DNA of 11,157 nucleotides from a virus (Duplodnaviria; Heunggongvirae; Uroviricota; Caudoviricetes): IMG/VR virus record IMGVR_UViG_2703718825_000008; one strand, 5' to 3'. Shown piece by piece: positions 6,396 to 11,157 of this stretch (position 1 is its first letter; each line of letters starts with the position of its first letter). The notes under the pieces were generated by a model. It saw only the letters and a program-made list of their open reading frames with translations, ran no database searches and was not told where the DNA came from. The position numbers and the translations under genes were made by a program.

Positions 6396-7061
6396 TCAAA
6401 CAAAACCAGCCGCTTTCCGGCGTTCATATTCCTGTTTCAGCAACTCAATTGGCGTTGGCCCCGACGGGCGTTTGGGGGCCGCCAGTTGTCGCCGGACTGG
6501 CGGAACGCTCAGGCCGTTACTAACATGCTTTGCCCATTTCGTCAGTTGCCGTTCTGCAAGCCGTTTTAATTCCCCTTCGGTCATCTGGCGCTCAATCCCC
6601 TTTGAACGCATCTCGAGGCAAATGTGATACAGCACAGGCTGAGACCACGGGTACTTATCACTTCCGTCGTATCGCCAGGACTCATTGCGCCAGCGGCGGT
6701 ACTCCTCCATCACAGCATCCACCGTCAGACCGAATGGATTGGCTCCGCTTTTCGAAATCAGTGCCACAAACTCAGCCAGGTCCGGAGGCCATGTTTCACC
6801 CGCCCGGCAGCGGTCCATGCACTGGCGGCAGACCTGCCGGATTTGCTGCTCAGTCATCGCGCCAATCTGTGCAATCCAGAGCTTCGAAGGTGCGGCCCCG
6901 TTCTTCTGGATCCAGCGGTTCGAATAAACCACCCCCATGAGTTCCCACAGCTTCCAGGCCGTTTCCGTCGCTGATAAATCCGTTTTCACGTTCCCACTGC
7001 TCACGTGCTGCCCGAATTTCCTGAACTGCCCGTGATGCGGTGCCACCTGGTGCTGCTGCAT
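6396..7061 (-). CDS. Replication protein P-like helicase loader (lambda P family)
   Basis: 221-aa ORF whose C-terminal half (YPWSQPVLYHICLEMRSKGIERQMTEGELKRLAERQLTKW...KQEYERRKAAGFV) aligns with lambda P as I recall it. AAAGGGG sits 6 nt upstream of the ATG at 7061. The start is uncertain because the first 70 codons overlap the O-like ORF; in-frame ATGs at 6938 and 6857 are alternatives. Confidence 0.7.
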   Translation of the reverse strand: MQQHQVAPHHGQFRKFGQHVSSGNVKTDLSATETAWKLWELMGVVYSNRWIQKNGAAPSKLWIAQIGAMTEQQIRQVCRQCMDRCRAGETWPPDLAEFVALISKSGANPFGLTVDAVMEEYRRWRNESWRYDGSDKYPWSQPVLYHICLEMRSKGIERQMTEGELKRLAERQLTKWAKHVSNGLSVPPVRRQLAAPKRPSGPTPIELLKQEYERRKAAGFV

Positions 7062-7890
7062 GGTTTACCCCTTTGCTGACTGGTTTAACCTGCGCCCTGA
7101 CGTGATTTACGTGACGGGCGAATTTCTGCTCCCACTGAATCTGCGTAAACACTTTCCCCTCCGCTGCCCAGTAGTCCCGGAAGGCGGCAAGTTCAGCAGG
7201 TGTAAATTCTGTCTCCGGCAAAGCCATCCCCCACAACGCAGCCCGTCGTCGAAAATCCCGTGACGGATACCAGCTATCGCTCATCGGGAATTTTCCGATG
7301 GGTTCGCTCAGGCCATACAGGAATACAGGGGGGGCTGCCTGTAACGACAAAACTTCCTGCTCACTGGTCGGAGCACTCTCGCGTGCGTTATGTGTGGGGT
7401 TTAGATCTTTGGGTTCCTTTGGGTTCCGTGATCCGTTTTTGGGTGTCTTTGATGGAAAATTTGGGTGTCTTTGGTTATTTTCCATGCAGCTAAGAGTTCT
7501 GTTTTTGGGTCTGTTTTGTGCTGAAACATAACCATTTTCGGTACTGTTTTTATTAACAGCACCAATTTTACCCACCTTTAAAGACTCCCGTTTTTGGGTG
7601 TATTCAGGCTCGGCAACACTTTCTTCTACACCGATAAGTCGGTACACCACAATTTGCTTTGTTCTGCCTTTTCTCTCACCGGTATCAACAATTAACCCAA
7701 TCTCCATCAGGTGTCGTAAGCTGTCCTGCACAGTCTTTTTGTTCAGTTCCGTTACTTCTGCCAGTGCAGATACAGACGGGTATGCACACAAATCGGCACC
7801 GCACATATCAGCAAGCCAGGTCAATACTGACTTACTGGATGAACTGCCGGTTTTCACCTTTTTAGCCCATCGTAGTGCATCGATACTCAT
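6850..7890 (-). CDS. Replication initiator O-like protein (N-terminal HTH domain, iteron-encoding linker, DnaT-like C-terminal domain)
   Basis: 346-aa ORF from the ATG at 7890; the track's 7965 start is TTG. N-terminus MSIDALRWAKKVKTGS...LIVDTGERKGRTKQIVVYRL is HTH-like. The linker is low-complexity and coincides with the DNA repeats. The segment FTPAELAAFRDYWAAEGKVFTQIQWEQKFARHVNHVRA resembles DnaT-like domains. Confidence 0.7.
   Translation of the reverse strand: MSIDALRWAKKVKTGSSSSKSVLTWLADMCGADLCAYPSVSALAEVTELNKKTVQDSLRHLMEIGLIVDTGERKGRTKQIVVYRLIGVEESVAEPEYTQKRESLKVGKIGAVNKNSTENGYVSAQNRPKNRTLSCMENNQRHPNFPSKTPKNGSRNPKEPKDLNPTHNARESAPTSEQEVLSLQAAPPVFLYGLSEPIGKFPMSDSWYPSRDFRRRAALWGMALPETEFTPAELAAFRDYWAAEGKVFTQIQWEQKFARHVNHVRAQVKPVSKGVNHAAAPGGTASRAVQEIRAAREQWERENGFISDGNGLEAVGTHGGGLFEPLDPEERGRTFEALDCTDWRDD
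7405..7606. repeat. Iteron array inside the O-like gene with adjacent AT-rich stretch (putative replication origin)
   Basis: At least five copies of the motif TTTGGGT(G/T)TC: tandem ctttgggttc at 7407-7426, tttttgggtgtctttg at 7436-7451, tttgggtgtctttgg near 7460-7474, tttttgggtctg at 7502-7513, tttttgggtgtattc at 7592-7606. An AT-rich segment lies at about 7520-7585. Confidence 0.6.
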
Positions 7891-8413
7891 ACGAACCCCT
7901 GGCAGACATTTGTTTATCTGCAAAGTAATATTGGTATTGCTGACGATACGCGTGCTTGAAAGCAATAGCTTTTTCTATAAGCTCGTCAGTCTCACGTTCC
8001 ACAACAACTGGATCCGCAAAAAGCAGCCCGGACTCCACCACATCGCCATATTCTTTGTTTAACCCGGCGATCATGTACGTAATGCTTTTTCCGTCAGTAA
8101 TTTCACAATACAATCTGAAATCGCTGATCCGGATAGCCTCCATAATTGCCGGAATCAGCGCCGTGAATTTGTCACGCTTATCTCTGGTGTCGATAGCTTT
8201 CCAGCGTTCGAATATCTTCACCCGGTTAACGCCCAGCGCCCGTTGATCAACCTCGCCATCATTAAACGTGACGCGTTGAACATCGATGTTCGGGCGTTCT
8301 TTCAGAGCCCAGAATGCTTCCGTGATTAATATCGTCGCCTGCTCCTGTGTCATTCCTGGTCGGCATACCCAGGTATCCAGAGCCTCACAAACCTGTTCAG
8401 GGGTGATTTTCAT
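7862..8413 (-). CDS. Hypothetical protein (183 aa) in the cII position, possibly YdaT-like
   Basis: ATG at 8413 overlaps the dicC-like stop. It sits between the cro-like gene and the O-like gene. Family not verified. Confidence 0.6.
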   Translation of the reverse strand: MKITPEQVCEALDTWVCRPGMTQEQATILITEAFWALKERPNIDVQRVTFNDGEVDQRALGVNRVKIFERWKAIDTRDKRDKFTALIPAIMEAIRISDFRLYCEITDGKSITYMIAGLNKEYGDVVESGLLFADPVVVERETDELIEKAIAFKHAYRQQYQYYFADKQMSARGSYEYRCTTMG

Positions 8414-8624
8414 TGTTCAACCGCCCCGCCCGCTTTGCCTTACGATATTCGTCATAAACTTTGGGGTCGTACTGAAGTTCCCCGCCGGATGCCTCTTGCA
8501 GGCGCATCGCGCGACCTTCAGGAACCAGTTCCCCCCATGCAGCAACGCTTGCCAGCCTAACTCCTGCGACATTGGCAAGCTTTGTTTTGCTGCCAAAAAA
8601 CGCTATAGCATCAATTTTCAACAT
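8397..8624 (-). CDS. dicC: Cro-like HTH regulator, DicC-like
   Basis: 75-aa ORF with AAGGGG 6 nt upstream. Transcribed divergently from the dicA-like repressor. Sequence (MLKIDAIAFFGSKTKLANVAGVRLASVAAWGELVPEGRAMRLQEASGGELQYDPKVYDEYRK...) matches DicC as I recall it. Confidence 0.75.
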   Translation of the reverse strand: MLKIDAIAFFGSKTKLANVAGVRLASVAAWGELVPEGRAMRLQEASGGELQYDPKVYDEYRKAKRAGRLNNENHP

Positions 8625-8632
8625 ATCGAACC

Positions 8633-8650
8633 CCTTAGATTTTCCTAAGG
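8633..8650. promoter_or_regulatory. Palindromic operator-like site in the dicC/dicA divergent region
   Basis: CCTTAG-attttc-CTAAGG, a perfect 6-bp inverted repeat with 6-bp spacer. Further CCTAAG/T half-sites occur at 8670-8675 and 8695-8700. Confidence 0.45.
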
Positions 8651-8700
8651 AAACTAGATCGTAGAGAAACCTAAGTCAAGAAAAATTAGAATTACCTAAT

Positions 8701-9108
8701 ATGAAAAACGAAACCTTCGGTGCTCGCCTCTTATACAGGCGAAAAAAATTAAAACTGTCTCAGGCCGCATTAGGTAAGCTGGTCAAAGTGGCTCACGTAA
8801 CAATTTCTCAATGGGAAAGAGATGAAACACAGCCAGCGGGGAAGAGATTATTCGCACTGAGCCAGGCGCTTCAGTGCTCGCCGACTTGGCTTCTTTTTGG
8901 AGATGAAGATAAGCAACCAGGCGAACCGATCCCAGATAATCAGCCAGTCAATCTGACAGAAGATCAAAAAGAGTTGCTTCAACTGTTCGACGCACTGCCT
9001 GAGTCAGAGCAAAAGGCTCTGTTGTCAGAGATGCGTGCTCGAGTTGAGAATTTCAACAAACTTTTTGAAGAACTACTCAAAGCTCGCAAAAGAAGCGCAA
9101 ATAAATAA
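8701..9108 (+). CDS. dicA: XRE-family HTH repressor, DicA-like (cI analogue)
   Basis: 135-aa ORF. N-terminal HTH (LKLSQAALGKLVKVAHVTISQWERDETQPAGKRLFALSQALQCSPTWLLFGDEDKQP) and C-terminal LPESEQ...EMRARVENFNKLFEELLKARKR closely parallel DicA of Qin from memory. Confidence 0.85.
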   Translation: MKNETFGARLLYRRKKLKLSQAALGKLVKVAHVTISQWERDETQPAGKRLFALSQALQCSPTWLLFGDEDKQPGEPIPDNQPVNLTEDQKELLQLFDALPESEQKALLSEMRARVENFNKLFEELLKARKRSANK

Positions 9109-9206
9109 CCCCCCTTTTTTTCGCAACTCTCTGTAATAAAAAGCACAAACTTTCAAATACTTGTGTTTTTTACATCAAGAAGCTTAGGTTTTTCTACGCA
9201 AAAAGC

Positions 9207-9236
9207 TTGACCATAACTCTTAGGCTATTCTAAATT
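9207..9236 (+). promoter_or_regulatory. Candidate promoter for the downstream plus-strand operon, with flanking CTTAGG motifs
   Basis: TTGACC (9207-9212), 18-nt spacer, TAAATT (9231-9236). AAGCTT-TAGG and CTTAGG motifs at about 9180-9188 and 9218-9223 resemble the operator half-sites between dicC and dicA. Confidence 0.35.
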
Positions 9237-9315
9237 CTACTCATCAAGACACCGCACGGTGTTCTCAGCAAACAGTTCCGCTACCCGGCGTTAAGGGGAA
9301 GCAGAGGATTTCTCA

Positions 9316-9672
9316 GTGGGCGAAGTCAAACATCAGAATGGAAGGCGTCCAGGGATCAGCAAAGAAACAGCGATGGCGCTTTATATTGATATCAGCGCCA
9401 TTGCCGGACAGGTAAGAGTTATCAGAGCGGTAACTAAGCGGTATGCGCCTTTACTTCAGAAAGTCTCTGGTGAGTGCACCGAAGATATTGTCAACGATTT
9501 CGTCATCGAACTGCGAGGACTCATCTTCAGTTACAAGGTGACCACAATTTTTGCAGATGGCTCCCGCGAAACTGTCAGAGCCCTGCGGCTTAAAGGATGT
9601 GTCAAAGACTTAGCCACCACATTCTGGGCAAGAAAACTTGATTGTATTCATAACCAATTTCCTCTCGAGTAA
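9316..9672 (+). CDS. Hypothetical protein (118 aa from GTG; 99 aa if from the internal ATG at 9373)
   Basis: GTG at 9316 preceded by GAGGA at 7-nt spacing. First ORF downstream of the candidate promoter. No family recognised. Confidence 0.5.
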   Translation: MGEVKHQNGRRPGISKETAMALYIDISAIAGQVRVIRAVTKRYAPLLQKVSGECTEDIVNDFVIELRGLIFSYKVTTIFADGSRETVRALRLKGCVKDLATTFWARKLDCIHNQFPLE

Positions 9673-9744
9673 CAGACCCCTCAGAGGATACCACCTCGCC
9701 TGACGTGGTTAAAAAGCAGGCAACGCTAACCACAAGGAGCCGAC

Positions 9745-9963
9745 ATGCAGAAACGAGACCCCGTCATCATCGCGCCAGACTATACCGATGATGAACTTTA
9801 TGAGTGGATGCACCAGAAAATTAAGGCGGTGCAGGACCTGAAATGGGCCAATGAAGCCAGGGCTAAGCAGGCTGAAAATCTGTCCGCTCTGGAGCAGGAT
9901 ATCACCAATCTGGAAAAAGCAGCGGCATTAAGCATTGCCAGAATGATTACATACCCACGTTAA
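9745..9963 (+). CDS. Hypothetical small protein (72 aa), in the position and of the size of YdfC
   Basis: ATG at 9745 with AAGGAG 6 nt upstream. K-12 YdfC is 72 aa in the same operon position; sequence identity not verified. Confidence 0.65.
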   Translation: MQKRDPVIIAPDYTDDELYEWMHQKIKAVQDLKWANEARAKQAENLSALEQDITNLEKAAALSIARMITYPR

Positions 9964-9985
9964 TAGCTAACCAACGAGGCTAATA

Positions 9986-10393
9986 ATGGAATTTAAAGAT
10001 TTACCAACGCCATTACAGGAAATGGCATCGAATATAGTTCGTTCACAACTGGCTACTCTTGACCTTAGTACCGCAGAAAAAGAAACCATCGATAATATGG
10101 TTCGTAATGTGCGCAATGCTTTTTCTGGGCTATATGGTTCTGATAATCAAAAGCAGGAAAGCGATGTTAATAAACGGGTAATTTCTGTTTGCGTGAATGG
10201 CCATGTTCTTTCATCAATCAAAACAGAAACGGCGACAGTCTTCGATTGCCTTTGCATTGTACAGAGCCTTGTTGATGCCCTGTTTCGTTCAGTGAATTTA
10301 GAAAATGATGCAAATCTGCGAGGGCGCATAATAGCACATCCATATGCACATACTTTAGGCTCTGTGGATATCAAAGATCCCACAAATCTTTAA
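9986..10393 (+). CDS. Hypothetical protein (135 aa), no recognisable family
   Basis: ATG at 9986 with GAGG upstream. This gene has no counterpart between ydfC and dicF in the K-12 Qin layout as I recall it. Confidence 0.55.
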   Translation: MEFKDLPTPLQEMASNIVRSQLATLDLSTAEKETIDNMVRNVRNAFSGLYGSDNQKQESDVNKRVISVCVNGHVLSSIKTETATVFDCLCIVQSLVDALFRSVNLENDANLRGRIIAHPYAHTLGSVDIKDPTNL

Positions 10394-10604
10394 TGAAATA
10401 GTTAACGCGAATTGTACTTGCTCTTTCGGTTGCTTTCAGAATACGCGTTGAAACTGCTGGCGGTAATTTGGTATTCCATTTATTAAAATCATGCCCGGGA
10501 AAGTACTCTTCGAAAATACTTTTAACTGCAGACTCGCCTATTGAAATGCTGCTTACCATGCGATTTTGATAAAGGCATTTAGCAATAAGAGTTGATTTTA
10601 ACAT
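10371..10604 (-). CDS. Hypothetical small protein (77 aa), convergent with the 135-aa gene
   Basis: ATG at 10604 preceded by AGGAGG at 5-nt spacing. AT-rich. Its 3' end overlaps the 135-aa ORF by 23 nt. Confidence 0.55.
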   Translation of the reverse strand: MLKSTLIAKCLYQNRMVSSISIGESAVKSIFEEYFPGHDFNKWNTKLPPAVSTRILKATERASTIRVNYFIKDLWDL

Positions 10605-10937
10605 TCACCCTCCTGAGGGTTGGTAATTAAGGAGTTCTCCACGGGTGAAGTGGAGTGCGTGCGCCGGACACGGGTGAACATCCGGCACTGACAGTTTACT
10701 GAAAGGATATTTCTCTGAAAAGTCAGACCATAACGCGAAAGCGCACGGCGAGGTAGCTGGTTCATAGATAGCCTGTCGTTAAATTTTCGTCGACCGTGCG
10801 CTTCCGGTTGTGGCAATCCGCGAAATGGCGCGGCGGTAAGTATGGAGGGGTTATTCCTTCCCCGTTGAGGACACCGGGTTGTCAGGTTGACCATACGCTT
10901 AAGTGACAACCCCGCTGCAACGCCCTCTGTTATCAAT

Positions 10938-10995
10938 TTTCTGGTGACGTTTGGCGGTATCAGTTTTACTCCGTGACTGCTCTGCCGCCCTTTTT
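10938..10995 (+). ncRNA. dicF: DicF antisense sRNA (targets ftsZ mRNA) with intrinsic terminator
   Basis: tttctggtgacgtttggcggtatcagttttactccgtgactgctctgccgccc followed by ttttt matches the DicF sequence as I recall it. The dicA/dicC context fits, and a GAGGA RBS at the right edge (11153-11157) is consistent with dicB starting just outside the window. Confidence 0.75.
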
Positions 10996-11157
10996 AAAGT
11001 GAATTTTGTGATGTGGTGAATGCGGCTGAGCGCACGCGGAACAGTTAAAACCAAAAACAGTGTTATGGGTGGATTCTCTGTATCCGGCGTTAATTGTTAA
11101 CTGGTTAACGTCACCTGGAGGCACCAGGCACCGCATCACAAAATTCATTGTTGAGGA

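Noticed and set aside
6024-6974. Plus-strand ORFs antisense to the P-like gene (6024..6569, 6196..6627, 6530..6940, 6624..6974, 6685..6927)
   Set aside because: The minus-strand frame carries recognisable lambda-P-like sequence with a good RBS; these are typical antisense shadow ORFs.
7060-8648. Plus-strand ORFs antisense to the O-like, cII-position and dicC-like genes (7060..7263, 7260..7493, 7298..7531, 7598..8062, 7659..7865, 7956..8246, 8286..8648)
   Set aside because: Antisense to supported minus-strand genes; low-complexity translations; no RBS.
10598-10936. Minus-strand 112-aa ORF upstream of DicF
   Set aside because: No RBS, Arg/Pro-rich translation, and it occupies the GC-rich structured region expected to be the DicF precursor.
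10966-11148. Minus-strand 60-aa ORF overlapping DicF
   Set aside because: Antisense to DicF and the expected dicB leader; no RBS.
1-11157. CRISPR arrays, insertion sequences, integrase or attachment sites
   Set aside because: No regularly spaced direct repeats, no transposase-like or integrase-like ORFs and no terminal inverted repeats were seen; the window is internal to a prophage.

Overview
This window reads as the immunity, replication, nin-like and late-control region of a lambdoid prophage of the Qin/DicA type from an Escherichia/Shigella-like host. All calls come from reading the sequence and the supplied ORF track; protein-family assignments are from memory of reference sequences, not from a search. 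The early-right operon is on the minus strand, running from high to low coordinates: dicC-like cro analogue, a hypothetical protein in the cII position, an O-like initiator with internal iterons, a lambda-P-like helicase loader, small ORFs, a low-GC solute-binding-protein gene, a hok toxin gene, a DUF968 protein, rusA, a Q-like antiterminator, a late promoter and hairpin, three tRNAs, and a damaged TerB-like ORF leaving the left edge. On the plus strand: a dicA-like repressor, several small ORFs and the DicF sRNA, with dicB expected just past the right edge. No integrase, transposase, CRISPR array or structural genes are present. The most interesting candidates are the solute-binding-protein island with a possible gene remnant (about 4160-5915), the convergent gene pair inserted before dicF (9986-10604), and the damaged cargo gene behind the tRNAs.
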